A DNA stretch of 64,000 nucleotides from Eledone cirrhosa (GCA_964016885.1 OZ024753.1:45260001-45324000), one strand, 5' to 3'. Positions 1 to 15,012 are shown, counted from the stretch's first letter. The notes: a model not told the origin generated them from the letters alone. Program-made: numbers and translations.

Positions 1-173
1 GAACTCATATCACAGTAAACTGGATCAAACTAGGTTTTGTCAAGGTTTGAACTCATATCACAGTAAACTGGATCAAACTAGGTTTTGTCAAGATTTGAAC
101 CCATTTCACAGTAAACTGGATCAAACTAGGTTTTGTCAAGGTTTGAACTCATATCACAGTAAACTGGATCAAA
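1..173. repeat. 48-bp minisatellite (about 3.6 copies, cut by the window edge)
   Basis: Unit gaactcatatcacagtaaactggatcaaactaggttttgtcaaggttt. Confidence 0.9.
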
Positions 174-1319
174 TACTAAGACATTCAATCCGCCACCCTA
201 ACAACTCTGCCAAAGTTAATTCAATCAACTACAATAACAAAGCAATCTTCTGGAATAATTAACCATTAACAACATCAAAAGAAAATCAATTACAAAGGCC
301 TCTACTCCAGCGTTTATCAACCTTTTAAGGATGCAATACAACATTTATTTCACTAAAAATGGAGTGATATTGGCAGAGTTGTTTGAGAATTGAAGGAATA
401 GCCTCGTAGTATTTATTCTGGATTTTTATATTCTGAATTTAAATTGCAGCCAAGGTCAACTTAACTTTCATCCTTTTGTGGTCGATAAAATAAACTAGCT
501 GTCAGAATAAAGGATAATATATTAATAAGGGTGTCAGACAAAGAGGGAATCGTGTTGGGTTTTATTCAGGTTGCTTATATCCAGATTTGTATGAGTGTCA
601 GAAAAAGAGGGAATCTTGTAGGGTTTTGACTCAGGTTGCTTATATTCAGAGTTCAAATTCCACTGAGGTCAGGTTTGTCTTTCATAGTTTTAAAGTCAAC
701 AAAACAAATTACCATTCCGATCAGAGAATTAATAGAGTTGTTAGAATATCAGATGACTTATGTGATATTTCTCCCAACTCCTTACAATCTAAATACAATT
801 CCCATCGAGGTCAACTTTACTATTCATTATTTTATTGGGAGGGGCAAGGATTGGCAGTATTGGTAGAGTGTCGGACACCATGCATCGTAGCATAGAGTTA
901 CGGCCCTTGTGCCTAAAGTAGAAACAATTATTTTAAGGGTTCATCATAAAGTAGAAGTTTAGGGTGATGTAGAGAATTGCTCGAGTACCAGACCTTGTGG
1001 TATTTATTCCAGCTGTTTATGTTCTGAATTTAAATCTCCCTGTAACCCCAGTACCTTACACTTCTAACCCCTATACCTCACTCCATTATATTTGTAAGGT
1101 TCAATGTTTAATTAACAAAACATTTATAATTGATGTCAGTAATTACTGGAGTGTAGATGTAAAAATACAACATAGATTGTAATTAACTTATTGTATAAAG
1201 AAATATGTGAAATATTTATTGTATTGCTTAAAATATGTTGTTATTAGCTGGGACTTATCATATCATTAAATATCACAGAAATAATGATTTCTGCTTTAAT
1301 AGCAACTATATACATGTGC

Positions 1320-1388
<69 letters not shown>

Positions 1389-2118
1389 ATCATCATCATC
1401 ACTTATTGTCAACGTTTCCCTGCTAACATGGGTTAGATAGGTTGTCCCATTTTGAAACAAGTCAGATCAGAAGATCATGTCTTGCTCATACAGAACAGTT
1501 TCTGGCTTGGTTTCTATGGCTGGATGCCCTTCCTAATGCTAACCACATTTACAGTGTATATATGTGACCACATTTAGTGGGTGCTTTATATCGTGGCACC
1601 AACACAACCACTGCTCAGTGTGGATAGGGTGCTTTTTTTTGAGACACCAAAACAACTACTTTACAGTGTAGACTGGGTGTTTTTTATCGTGACATCAAAA
1701 TGACCACATTTAGTGTGCTCTGAGTACTTTATATCGTGACACCACATCGACCACTTTTATAAAAACACTCATCCACCCACACACACACATATATATATTT
1801 ATTATTAAAATAACAGATTAAAGTTTAAGCAAAGAATCGCTGCTTTCACCCTTAATGGGATCTTCTAAAACTAACAAAGTCAATCTGTGAACGCAGAAGT
1901 GAATATTTAAAAAAACGTTACAACCGGAGGAAGACAGGAAGACGATACTTTGGTTCATGGAAACGTTCCCTGGCAAAGAACGGGAAAAAACGAATATAAT
2001 ACGTCATTATATATTACTCTTTTACTCTTTTACCTGTTTCAGCCATCCGGCTGAGGCCATGCTATATATAGTATAAGGAAAACAAAAAATCAGTGATGCA
2101 TCTGGACTTAATTTATTG

Positions 2119-2209
2119 CGTGTTACAATTGTTTCGCCGGCAGGTAGCTCGAGACATGGTCCCTGTATGGATCTGGCTGGTTCTACTTCTGCAGGTTCTT
2201 TCAGACACG
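2119..2209 (-). ncRNA. Type I hammerhead motif with long stem II (family D)
   Basis: CGTGT-CTGAAAGA-acctgcag...ctgccggc-GAAA-CAATTG-TA-ACACG; perfect stem I, palindromic stem III, one extra A in the core. Confidence 0.55.
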
Positions 2210-2674
2210 GGTATTTCGTTTGGAGCAAATTTGTGTTGTTATTTCTGTTTACCTTTTACATATATATATATATATATGTATCTATATATATATATACATA
2301 TATCATCATCATCATCAACGTTTAACGTCCGTGTTCCACGCTTGCATGGGTTTGGACGGGGGTTTTCCCACTTGAGGCAAGAGTGATTGTCTTGCTCGCA
2401 TAGGACTGTCTGGCGGGTTTTCTACAGCTGGATGCCCTTCCTAACACCAACCACATTTACAGTGTGGGGCTGGGAGGTTTTTACCGTGTTGCCTACACGA
2501 CCACATTACAGCGTGGACTGTGTCTACACGATCTCATTTGTTTCGATATATATATAGGTTAATGAAAGGACAGAAGAGGAAACAAACAAATGAAAGAATA
2601 AAAAGTCAGGATCAACAGCGGAATAGTTGAAACACCTGGGTATATGTATGTGTATATGTACGCATATATGTATA

Positions 2675-2753
<79 letters not shown>

Positions 2754-3483
2754 ATATATATGTATGTAAAAGGTAAACAGAAATAACAACACAATTGGTA
2801 CAGTATATGGAAGGGATATATTAGGTTTATGCTTGATAAAGCAGGAGGTATGTGTGTGTGTGTATGTGTATATATATATATATGTATGTGTGTATGTATG
2901 TGTATATTATGTGAGATTGCATGTGTGTGTATATGCACGAGGGTGTGTATATATATATATATATATATACATATATACATATGTGTGTGTGTGTGTATGT
3001 ATGTGTATATTATGTGAGATTGCATGTGTGTGTATATGCATGAGGGTGTGTATATATATATATATATATATATACATATATACATATGTGTGTGTGTGTG
3101 TATGTATGTGTATATTATGTGAGATTGCATGTGTGTGTATATGCACGAGGGTGTGTATATATATATATACATATGTGTGTGTGTATACGTATGTATTTCA
3201 CCACCACAATTAATAATACAAAACATTTCAACATAATTTATGATATTAATAAATAATAATAATTATTGAATTATTGTTATTATTGTTATAACTTATTATA
3301 AACACTGAACCAGATTAAACAAGGAATTCACAAGGTTGACATTGAAACTAAAAGACTTAACCATCTGTCATACCAACATCTCTCATAATTCCATTTCTTT
3401 ATAAACAATATCAACATAACAATGACATTATTATTATTAAGTAGCTTGTTTATTAAAATGGAAAAAATGGTTTTTAATTATAA

Positions 3484-3875
3484 TTATATGTAATGAGTAG
3501 GTGGAGAATTTGTGTGAACTTGGGTGAGTAGGGGGTGAGTAGGCATGAGTAGGGGTGAGTAGGGATGAATCAGAGGTGAGTAGGGGTTGAATTGGGGGTG
3601 AGTTGGTGGTGAGTAAGGGGTGAATTGTGGAGAATCGGTGTGAGTAGGGGGTGAATTTGGGGTGAGTAAGGGGTGAATTGGGGGTGAGTAAGGGGTGAAC
3701 TGAGGAATTGGTGGCTGTTGTGGTCCTGTTAGCTCAGTTTGGGAAGGTGGGCGGTCCACATTCAGTTTGCCAAATTTGAAGTGTGGTTTGTGGGTTGGTA
3801 AGAACAGGTTGACATTCAGTTTAGGATGTTTGCTCACTCTTTTGTGGACTGATTGGAGCATTACAAGTCTTATTT

Positions 3876-3909
<34 letters not shown>

Positions 3910-3932
3910 GTGTGTGTGAGTGTATGTATATA

Positions 3933-3980
<48 letters not shown>

Positions 3981-4119
3981 GTGGACAAGATATATTTACA
4001 TGTAATAGAACAGCGTACAGGAACAAAAATTTAAGGAGAATAGCTTCTCCCTCATACCAGTCAGCCCGCATATATGTATGTATATATGTATGTATACATG
4101 TATGTATGTATATTTGTGT

Positions 4120-4150
<31 letters not shown>

Positions 4151-4432
4151 GTGGTGATGATACACTAAAACACTTTAGTCTATCTGTCATATATCTATAA
4201 AGTGAAATTTCAATAGTGTGTATATATATTCTATAGAACCACCTGAGCAGAGCTAAATAACGTAAATAAACAAACAAGTCAATATTGTTTATCTCCAAGT
4301 CAGTAATTCTAAAGAAACTAGTTTAAAATATATATATAATGTAAGATTAACCTTTATATATACTAACCTGCCTGAGACAGTCTCTCATTATATTTTGGGA
4401 TTAATGAAACCTCTTTAGTTACAAGATGACTT
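3484..4432 (-). CDS. Candidate two exons (4368-4432, 3484-3848) encoding a basic then Pro/His/Thr-rich polypeptide
   Basis: tttccatag|SHLVTKEVSLIPKYNERLSQA|gttagt, then caatcag|VHKRVSKHPKLNVNL...PQFTPYSPP...*; phases are compatible. Confidence 0.3.
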
Positions 4433-4599
4433 CTATGGAAAGTCCACAGTTTAATTAGAATCAACCACAGAGCGAGAGAGAGAGAGAGAGAGTGATGTCA
4501 GACCCCTAAATGACCTACCCATGATAATACATCAAGTACTCCCATGATTAGGGGTCTCATTGGGTTAAGAGGTGTCTACTGACTGTAGGTTTGTATGCA

Positions 4600-4703
4600 A
4601 TGGCAGTCGGGTCTTCTGTACAAAGGTCTCGATCCAGTGTCATTGTCTTAGAGAGGTGTAGATGGGCAAGGTCAGTTTTTATCACCTCGTCCCAGGTTTT
4701 TCT
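4600..4703 (-). mobile_element. RTE ORF C-terminal fragment
   Basis: Reverse complement is similar to 5133-5245 (RKTWDEVIK...SKTM.LDRDL). Confidence 0.7.
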
Positions 4704-4902
4704 ATATAATGTAAGATATATATATGTTGATTTAAAACTGCACTATCCACAAGTGTTTTTTAACCTTCATATCATGTCTTCCTGTTTTATCTGATGAAAA
4801 CACAAATATTATTGCATGATGATATTTGTTTTTGAAATGCGCATAATAAAATACATGGAACTCTTTTAACCATCTTTTGTTCTTATATATATATATATAT
4901 AT

Positions 4903-5645
4903 AGACTAGAGAGGAACGAAGCTTGCATGCTCCGCTGGATGTGTAATAGTAATATACGTGAACGGCAAAGCATAAACGAACTAAGGAAAAAATTAGAGAT
5001 AAGAGGGATCAGATGTTGTTTACTCGAGAGAAGGCTACGTTGGTATGGACACGTGATGCGCATGAAAGTCGATAGCTGTATAACAAAGTGCAGGGCAATA
5101 AAGATAGACGGTAGTCACGGAATAGGCAGACCTAGAAAAACCTGGGACGAGCTGATAAACTCCGACATCACACACTTACACCTCTCCAAGACAATGTCAC
5201 TGGACCGAGACCTTTGGCGGTACTCAGTAACAGAGAAGACCCGCCTTACCTAAATATATAGTAAAACCTACTCCAGCCAGTAGGCATCTCTAACAAAATA
5301 CACCCCGTCCCACCACCACCACCCCCACCCCATCCACACCACCCCAGTCTATGTAAAGTTATGTTGGTGCCGCGCCATCCAGGCCTAAACAAATGAGATC
5401 GTGTAGGTGTCACGACAAAAAAACACACAGTCCACACTGTAATGTGGCCGTGTAGGCAACACGGTAAAAACCTCCCAGACCCACACTGTAAATGTGGTTG
5501 GTGTTAGGAAGGGCATCCAACTGTAGAAAACCTGCCAGACAGTCCTATGCGAGCAAGACAATCACTCTTGCCTCAAGTGGGACTACCCCCGTCCAAACCC
5601 ATGCAAGCATGGAACACGGACGTTAAACGTTGATGATGATGATGA
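4903..5645 (+). mobile_element. RTE LINE 3' fragment, same family as 46031-49070
   Basis: [27 protein letters not shown]...[11 protein letters not shown], then the 3' UTR and (GAT)n tail. Confidence 0.9.
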
Positions 5646-5830
5646 TATATATGTTTTAGGTGTTATGTATTTCCATAGAGCTATTTAATTACATAATAAA
5701 CAACACAATATAATTAATCCATTACCAATAACTGTTTCATCTGATGAACGAGCTGGACGTTCTCTGTAAAGATCGTCTAGTTTCCCAAAACCTTTGGTAA
5801 TGGAATAATTATATTGTGTTGTCTATTATA

Positions 5831-5875
<45 letters not shown>

Positions 5876-5972
5876 TCTTTATTATTTAACATCCGTTTTC
5901 CCTGCTAGCAAAGGTTGGCTAGGTCACCACACACTGAGTGAGTCAGTACCTAAACAGTTCTACTGGTTACTA

Positions 5973-6040
<68 letters not shown>

Positions 6041-6372
6041 GGAGGCACATGGCTTAGTGGTTAGAGCATTGGCCTTGCAATCAAAAGGTTGTGAGTTCAA
6101 TTCTCAGACTGGGTGATGTGTTGTTTCCTTGAGCAAGACACTTTATTTCACATTGCTCCAGTTTACTCAGCTGTAGAAATGAGATGATAGAGACTGAGGT
6201 CCCTATCATTCCACTGCAAAGTGGTCGTGGAGGTGCCACAGCAAAAAAGCACCCACACTCACTGTAAATGAGGTTGGTGTTAGGGAGGGCATCCAGCTGT
6301 AGAAATCAAGCCAGCATCAGTTCCCGTCCCACCCTTGCAAGCAGGGAAAAGTGGACGTATGATGATGATGAT
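6041..6372 (+). mobile_element. tRNA-derived SINE with RTE-derived 3' tail
   Basis: A box TGGCTTAGTGG, B box GAGTTCAATTC, central ccttgagcaagacact domain; tail matches the RTE 3' UTR; (GAT)n end. Confidence 0.85.
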
Positions 6373-6736
6373 ATGTTCTTTTATATAATTATTCCGTTCT
6401 ATAATTGTTTCAATAAAATCCGCTTTAAGAACATTACGTAATTACTTAACAATTGCTTACATAATTTCTCAACTTAATAACAGCCCACCTCATCGTGAAT
6501 GTGTAATAATAATTCATGAGAAATTTTTAGGAACTTTAGTTTATATAAATAACTAAAAATCAATTAAAACAGAGGCAAATGTTCAATTTGATGGAAAATT
6601 TAATAGCAAAATTGTAACTTTTCATACCTGATTCACCTTATCAATATCACCTTATTAGAGCTTCCTATATTTTCTATGTACCTCATAATCTCTCAGTGCT
6701 TCAAGAATACAAATTGTTTGTTTTTCACTTTAATTG

Positions 6737-6782
<46 letters not shown>

Positions 6783-7043
6783 TATGTATGTGGGTGTGTG
6801 TATTCTTCAGCAAAATGTGAGATAATAAACCAATGCCTTTTACAGAGAAATAAACTAACAAAGATTTAAGTAAAATGTCAGATTTTGGTGATTGTGGGTG
6901 GGTGTAGGGGTGGGGAGGGTATATATTGTTTATGGTTGTTGTTTTGTTGGGGTATTTTGTGTAACATATCACACATACATATTACACATACCTATATATA
7001 TATATATATATATACTATATACACACACCAATATATACACATA

Positions 7044-7079
<36 letters not shown>

Positions 7080-7127
7080 AGTCCAACCCTTGCTTGCAAG
7101 GAAAGTGGATGGTATAAACAATGATGA

Positions 7128-7198
<71 letters not shown>

Positions 7199-7306
7199 TA
7201 TATACATATATATATAAATGTATTTAATATATATATGTGTATGTAATCTGTGTGTATAAAGTCGAACCCTTGCTAGCTAGCTGGGAGAGCAGACATTAAA
7301 ATGATG

Positions 7307-7387
<81 letters not shown>

Positions 7388-8348
7388 ATAGTGTATATAT
7401 AACATCAGGCTTGTTATCTTTCTATTCCCCTTCACTAATCATTTAATTTCTAAAACTCTTTCCATTTCTAAAATATTTATTTAAGATTTTATATATTCAT
7501 AAAATATCAGCTGTCACCACACTGTAATTATATACATTTCCTTCTGTGTGTGTGATATATGTATGTACACATGTATGTTTGTTCTCCTGGTTTTATTATT
7601 TTACAAGACATGTTTACACACACACACACATCACCCTCATCAGCTCTCAAACCAGCAAAATGGTTTCGCACAATTTAATTGAAAGTACCATTTTAAAATG
7701 CTGGATCGTGCAACGGAAAAATAAATCTTTTTGCTGGTATGATATCATCATCATCATCATCATCACGTGTGTGATAAAAGAAACAGCACAGATAGAAGGA
7801 CGAAAGAAAACAAATAAAATAAAATAATGGGCTGGTGGACCTCAATCTGAGATGTCTGACCTAAATAGAAAGCTAATGATAGTTATGATAAAGTTAAAAC
7901 AATGTTGTCTCTGAGATGAAGCAGTCTGTAGTTGAATACATATGAAAATGAGAAAACTCATCGCTAGAACAACTGTTAAAGACAGTATTTAAAAATGCCC
8001 TAGAATGGCCATATTTCAATATGGCCTCCCTACGACTCTCTCAAAAGTTATGGGTTCATACTTACAAACATATTGTAAATAACTATATATTATATAAATA
8101 TCGAGTTTGAGATATGAGTGTATTAGAATTCGTAAGAAAATAGGAAAACTCAGCGTAAGGAAGCTGTTAAAACAGCAAAATACTGTCAAAGCTTTTTGCC
8201 ACCTTATCTCCCCATTGCCCCAGGAGGGGTCACCCTAGCTCCATATTTCCATACTGGGTGATTGAAGCTCCCCAGTTCCATAGTGTGCCACCCTAGTCCC
8301 GCTGTGCCATCCCCACTGTCATAGGGGTCACCCTGCAATATGACCAGA

Positions 8349-8390
<42 letters not shown>

Positions 8391-9712
8391 GGGGTAACAA
8401 ATAATAGTTAAATGCAGTCCACCTAGGTAAAGTCCAGTTATGGTATTCCAGGTAGTGGATGATATTGTGATTAAACCTTTTTTGTATAGCAAACCATGTC
8501 AACCTTCTTTCCTGATTTATTATATATATATATATATATGCGTGTGTGTGTGTGTGTAGAAGTTCTATTTAAATTGTTGGGATACAACAAGCAAATATTT
8601 TTATAACTGATATAAAGCACTCAACAAATTATTGGAGTAAATATACGATATTAACAAATGGAAACTATATTTATAAAACCATATTTATTTCATTATACAT
8701 ATTTCAAGGACAGCAAGTTAAATTATGGTGTGCTTTCATCAGATAAAATATAATATAGAGCAGTTTTATAAATAAATATTGACATACCCTTAAAGAATGC
8801 GACCATTTCTGTTGGAAGCTCCCAGATAGTGGGGTTATATATATATATATATATATATAATTCAAAATGTTAACAAAATAGATATTCTTGTGATCAAGTA
8901 TATTTTATTATACATATTTCAGAGGTACTGAGTTAAGTTCAACAGTACGTCCTCATCAGATAAAATAAGATGATGCATGACATACCCTGACATACTCTCT
9001 CTCTCTGTCTGTGTGTGTGTCTGTGTCTCTCTCTTTGTCTGTGTGTGTGTATATGTGTGTCTGCGTGTGTGTGTCTGTGTCTGTGTATATGTGTGTGTGT
9101 ATGTGTGTCTGTGTATGTGTGTCTGTGTATGTCTGTATGTGTGTGTCTGTATGTATCTGTGTGTCTGTATGTGTCTCTGTGTGTATGTGTGTGTATGTGT
9201 GTGTCTGTGTGTATGTGTGTGTATGTCTGTATATGTCTGTATGTGTCTGTGTATGTCTGTGTCTGTGTGTCTGTATGTGTGTATGTGTGTATGTGTATGT
9301 GTGTGTATGTGTGTGTGTGTATGTGTGTATGTCTGTATGTGTCTGTGTATGTCTGTATGTCTGTATGTGTGTGTGTCTGTGTGTGTGTATGTCTGTATGT
9401 ATGTCTGTATGTGTGTGTGTGTGTGTCTGTATGTCTGTATGTGTGTGTGTGTGTCTCTCTCAAAATACTCTAAGTATCCAAGAGCCCCTACCCTGATATG
9501 TTATTACATCATAACTGTTGAGCAACATTTCAATATTTCAATGTGGGAGGTCGTCCACCTTTTGCACATAGTCTCCCCTATAGGGTCACTGGACCTGCTA
9601 AACATAGCAGTCAAGTCTCCATCAAACTACACCCTAACTCACTCATTCATAACCTTTTGGTTTGCCTCATGACCCCTGCTGACCCTCAACATAAAAGCAT
9701 ATTTACCCTTAA

Positions 9713-9942
9713 ATACAAGGGTAGGCTGAAAAGTTTATATGCTGACTATGAAGGAGTGATGCTAGAGCTGTGAAATCTTGCATGCGTTAATTTCAACTCT
9801 TCTTATCAATAACTGCATTGTTTCTTTCTAGGGATTATGTTGAAAAATAAACCCCATTTGGTCATTCCATGAGAGTATCTTGGTCAGTCTATGAACTTTT
9901 TTCAGAGGCTGACCAAGATACTCTCATGGAATGACCCTCGTA
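9713..9942. mobile_element. Mariner-type MITE
   Basis: ta-c(a/g)aggg..gctgaaaagtt ... gaccctcg-ta ends; second copy at 33755-33941. Confidence 0.65.
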
Positions 9943-10541
9943 GATACAACAACACCAATAACAAGAATAATGTATATGTGTGTATATATATGTGTGTGTA
10001 TGTGCATGAGTGTGTACGTATGTGTGTATGCGTGAGTGTGTGTATGTGTGTGCATGTATATGTATGTGTGTGGTGTGTATGTGTGTGTGATGTATGTGTG
10101 TGTATGCGTATTGTGTGTGTGGTGTGTATGGTGTGTGGTGTGTGTATGTGTGTGTGATGTATGTATGTGTATGCGTGTGTGTGTGTGTATGTGTGGGTGG
10201 TGTGTGTGTGTATGTGTGCGTGGTGTATATATGTGTGTGGTGTGTGTGTGTGTATGTGTGTGTGATGTATGTATGTGGTGTGTGTATGTGTGTGTGATGT
10301 ATGTATGTGTATGTGTGTGTGCGTGTGTATGTGTATGTGTGGTGTGTGTGTGTGTATGTGTGTGGTGTATATATGTGTGTGTGTGTTTACTACCGCCATT
10401 CCTGCTAATGTTGTTATCTCTCTATACACATGTTATATAATATAAACACACTGGATCAGAATCTTATTGTCAGCATAACTTACTGTTTATTTAGTCTTGA
10501 AATATATTATATATATATTATATATGTATATATATATATAT

Positions 10542-10576
<35 letters not shown>

Positions 10577-10583
10577 ATATATG

Positions 10584-10615
<32 letters not shown>

Positions 10616-10909
10616 ATATATATTATATATATATATATATTATATGTATAATATATAATATGTATAATATATATATGTATAATGTATAATGTATAATATA
10701 TATATGTATAATATATATATATATTATATATGTATACATATATGTCCACCTCGTCCAACAGAGTGGTTGAGAGAGAGAGTGGGGGGGGAGACTGAGAGAG
10801 GGGGGAGGGGGAGTGAGAGGGAGGGAGATATAGAGACATAGAGAGAGAGAGAGACTGACAGAGAGGGAGAGATAGAGGGGGATATAGATATAGAGAGGCA
10901 AAGAAAGAC

Positions 10910-10944
<35 letters not shown>

Positions 10945-11041
10945 TAGAGAAAGAGAAAGGGATGGGGGCAAAGAGACAGGGAGAGACATAATGAGAGGGC
11001 GGGTAAACAGATATAGTGAGAGACACCAGAGAGAGATAAAC

Positions 11042-11078
<37 letters not shown>

Positions 11079-12141
11079 AAGAGAAAGACACAGAGAGAGG
11101 GAGATGACACAGTGTGGAATTCCAGGGATAAAATGTTCCATGGAGAATGTATTTATCTTCTCCATGTTATTCAGAGTTGTAGAGTCTTTAGAATCAAACA
11201 AGACATGACTGTTACAAGACATGAATCTTACAATACAAGAACGGACATTCTTAATCTTTTTCACAATAAAGGATCTCTTTTAGTGAAATATATTTTCCCA
11301 CGGACCCCTTTACTACAATTATTTCCCTCCCAGATTGTTATACAATGACAATAATAATTGAAACAGAGAAATATTGACTTAAAAAAGAATGGAGTAGATT
11401 TTATGTTTTTATAACAATATTCTTAAAATATTTAACAGACCCCCTCAAATACTGACTCTGTGGGTCCCTAGGGGTTTGTAGAACCCATTTTGGAAACCTG
11501 CTGTTATAAGTTAACATCATTATTACTCCAATATTCCATTGTACAAAACCAATGTCTTCAGAATTTTGTTTATTTTATTTAATCTCAACTTTCAGTAACT
11601 TCTTTCAGATCTTCCCAAGACACAGGCGCAAGGGATTTCATCTAACACACACACACATATTTGTGTCATCATCACCATCATCATTTTACGTCCACTTTTC
11701 CCTGCTTGCAAGGGTGGGACAGGTCCTATTCAGCACAGCATCTCTCCACTTGTCACAGTCCTTCGTCATCTCCTCCGTGAGTTTCAGCGATCTGAGGTCT
11801 GCTCTCACCAGAAACAGTTCTGTATGAGCAAGACCCGATCCTCTGATCCAACCTGCCTCAAGTGGGACAACCCATCTAACCCATGCTAATGTGGAAGGTG
11901 GACATTAAATGGCAATGATGATGACATATATATATATACATACATATATATATTATATATATATATATATGCTGATGTCCATCTTTGTCTGATCAGTGGG
12001 TTTATATGTCCTGTTATCATTAGTTTATTTTATTTAGTTAAAGTTATGGCAAAGTCTTCTAATTAAATTTTTAAACACTGCTCACCACTTTCTAAACATG
12101 TTCTTGATAATAAATATTGACAATATATTGGTATCACTTAC

Positions 12142-12248
12142 CTGAACTTCATAATAAATAACAAAGACGTCCTCTTATATAGCCCTAGGGTAAAATCCTG
12201 ATAATTGTTGGTCTGATTATTTCGGGTTTATCTTCCAATGAAGAAAAC
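12142..12248 (-). other. Exon-like segment with strong splice sites (stop of ORF1 and/or start of ORF2)
   Basis: ctttcttctttttctag|...CAG|gtaagt; phase-2 frame FSSLEDKPEIIRPTIIRILP* (stop 12185-12187); ATG AAG TTC AG at 12152. Confidence 0.5.
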
Positions 12249-12302
12249 CTAGAAAAAGAAGAAAGTGTTGCATTAGAAAATGTTGGAATTTAGTAAAGTG
12301 TT

Positions 12303-12550
12303 GTGACATGGTGACACTGGTGTGAAACATGGTGACACTGGTGTGTAACATGGTAACGCTGGTTTGTAACATGGTAACACTGGTGTGTAACATGGTAACG
12401 CTGGTTTGTAACATGGTAACACTGGTGTGTAACATGGTAATGCTGGTTTGTAACATGGTGACACTGGTGTGTAACATGGTAATGCTGGTGTGTAACATGG
12501 TGACACTGGTGTGTAACATGGTAATGCTGGTTTGTAACATGGTGACACTG
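12303..12550. repeat. 21-bp minisatellite (about 11.5 copies)
   Basis: Unit aacatggt(a/g)a(c/t)(a/g)ctggt(g/t)tgt. Confidence 0.9.
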
Positions 12551-13274
12551 CAATTCTATATATTACAAACAAAACCTGGTAAAAAGAAACTAAAAAAGTG
12601 TAAAGATAATTGAAGAAGAAGAAGAAGAAGAGAGGATGGAGAAGATGCACTCAATAAGTTTATAGATGTTAGATGGATGAAAGTAGGGCAGGATGTTGGC
12701 AGAGTTCTTGGGGATGCAAATGACTGAGAATGAAAGTCACAACATCAAGAAGAAGAACAACAACAAAGGGTGTGATGGGGGGGGGGGGGGGGGCATGATT
12801 CAGCCGCTGGACTATGGCCATTCTGGAGCAGCACCTTACGATGTTTAAAGAAAGGATGTGCCTATATTTCTTTATGAATTACCTTTGATAGTCTTTGAAA
12901 TAGTTGTGATAATGTTGTGAAGAAAGTAATCAAATACAAGATTAGAAGGAGAGGTAGTGAGAGGTGTGGGTTGTGTTGGGGGCGGAGGGTGAAGAACCAC
13001 AGGTGTTGAAATCTCAGAAGGATTCTAATTAAGGAAATTGAAGTAGGTAAGTAGGTAGGTGGATGGGTATGGCTGGAAGTAGCTAAGTGGTGAAAGCCAA
13101 GTTTCCTTTTCTTTCATGTATGTGTGTGTGTATATGATATATGATATCATCATCATCATCATCAACATTATCAAAATAGTTATGTCCAGTTACGGTGCTA
13201 GTATGGGTTGGACAGGTTGTCATAACAGTCCAAGACCAGGTAAACCAGAAAATAACATCTTGATTATACATTCC

Positions 13275-13321
<47 letters not shown>

Positions 13322-13371
13322 CCCATGCTAGCGTGGAAGATAGACGTTAAACGATGATGATGATGATGATA

Positions 13372-13410
<39 letters not shown>

Positions 13411-13474
13411 CATTCCATATATATATATACATATATTCTCTATATATACATATATATATACACATACATACATT

Positions 13475-13521
<47 letters not shown>

Positions 13522-13562
13522 CATTCTCTATATATACATATATATATACACATACATACATT

Positions 13563-13686
<124 letters not shown>

Positions 13687-13706
13687 CATATACATTACAT
13701 AATTAC

Positions 13707-13737
<31 letters not shown>

Positions 13738-13859
13738 TATATACACACACATACATTCCATATATATACACACATATATATTCATATTTCTTCTTTCCTA
13801 TCTAGATAATTCTATAAATATAACCAGTTCCTGTAGACACGACATAGTATTTCACTCAC

Positions 13860-13881
13860 TTCCACATAACTCCATCAACAC
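13860..13881 (-). CDS. Candidate orphan gene exon 3
   Basis: ctacag|GTGTTGATGGAGTTATGTGGAA|gtgagt; phase 1 to 2, GVDGVMW. Confidence 0.3.
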
Positions 13882-14379
13882 CTGTAGATGTTTCCAATAT
13901 GAAAAACTGTGTTGAGTGGATAAACAATCTGTCATACATACATACATACATTTATAGGAGACGATCGACTTTCGTCAAATCGGACCGAGGGAAGAGTGTT
14001 TCCGTTGGTCTTTCCACTTGCTAATACTATATATCGGTCGCAACTCCAGGTAGAAGGAGCAACGTGAAATGAAGTGTCTTGCTCAAGGACATAACGCATC
14101 GCCTGGTCCAGGAATCGAACTCACAACCTTACGATTGCGAATCCAATTCTCTAACCACTCAGCCACACGCCTTCTACATACATACATATCGTTTAACGTC
14201 CATTTTCCATGCTAGCATGGGTCTGTATATATATACATACATACATATATATATATATATACAGACCCATGCTAGCATGGAAAATGGACGTTAAACGATG
14301 GTAATGATGATAGATATATACACCCACACACGCACACACATATATATTCTTTTTATAAAACGTTTTTTCTTTTCCATTT

Positions 14380-14680
14380 CAGGTAGCTGCGCGCCATCAT
14401 CCACTTTTCTAAAATATAAATCATACACAAAACGCCAGCACCAACAGTTTTGCAAGAGATGTCAACATGAAAGGACCTGTTATTTTTATCTAAAGACATT
14501 TTTTCAAAATTCCAACCCACCCGTCCCTTTAATCCATCTCATTTCTCATTCTTTCTTCTGATGAAGGACTAGTGACCGAAACGTCAAAACCCCCTTCCTG
14601 CTGTATCAAGCGTTAACCTAATATATCCCTTCAATATACTGTACCAATTGTGTTGTTATTTCTGTTTACCTTTTACATAC
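14380..14680 (+). mobile_element. Penelope-like terminal repeat fragment containing a minimal hammerhead (family A)
   Basis: CTGATGAaggactagtgaccGAAACGTC at 14558-14585; homologous copies at 14760-14900(-), 18170-18325, 19420-19565, 53825-54050(-), 59170-59310(-); tails at 2229 and 2765; most end in (TA)n/(CA)n. Confidence 0.65.
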
Positions 14681-14746
<66 letters not shown>

Positions 14747-14968
14747 TGATCACATCCTTCAGAAATAACGAAGCAAACACAACACAGTACAAGGAAGAAA
14801 TATATTAGTTTAATGCTTGATATAGTAGTCTTAGGTAAGTTGATGTTACAGACACTAGTCCTTCATCAGAAGATAGAAAGAGAAATAAAAGATGAAATAG
14901 AAAGATAGAGAGTGAAAAGAAAAAAGAATGAAAAAAAAAATTGATAAAATAATACACGTGGATATTCA

Positions 14969-15012
<44 letters not shown>

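Noticed and set aside
2559-3226. Numerous [12 protein letters not shown] ORFs here and throughout (8.9-10.4, 16.0-16.6, 23-25.6, 28.5-29.0 kb)
   Set aside because: Translations of (TA)n/(CA)n microsatellites, open on both strands, with no splice or homology support.
5726-5763. Exon-like minus segment that also contains CTGATGA and GAAAC motifs
   Set aside because: Phases are incompatible with the neighbouring candidate exon at 4432, and the hammerhead parts are not in a complete arrangement on one strand.
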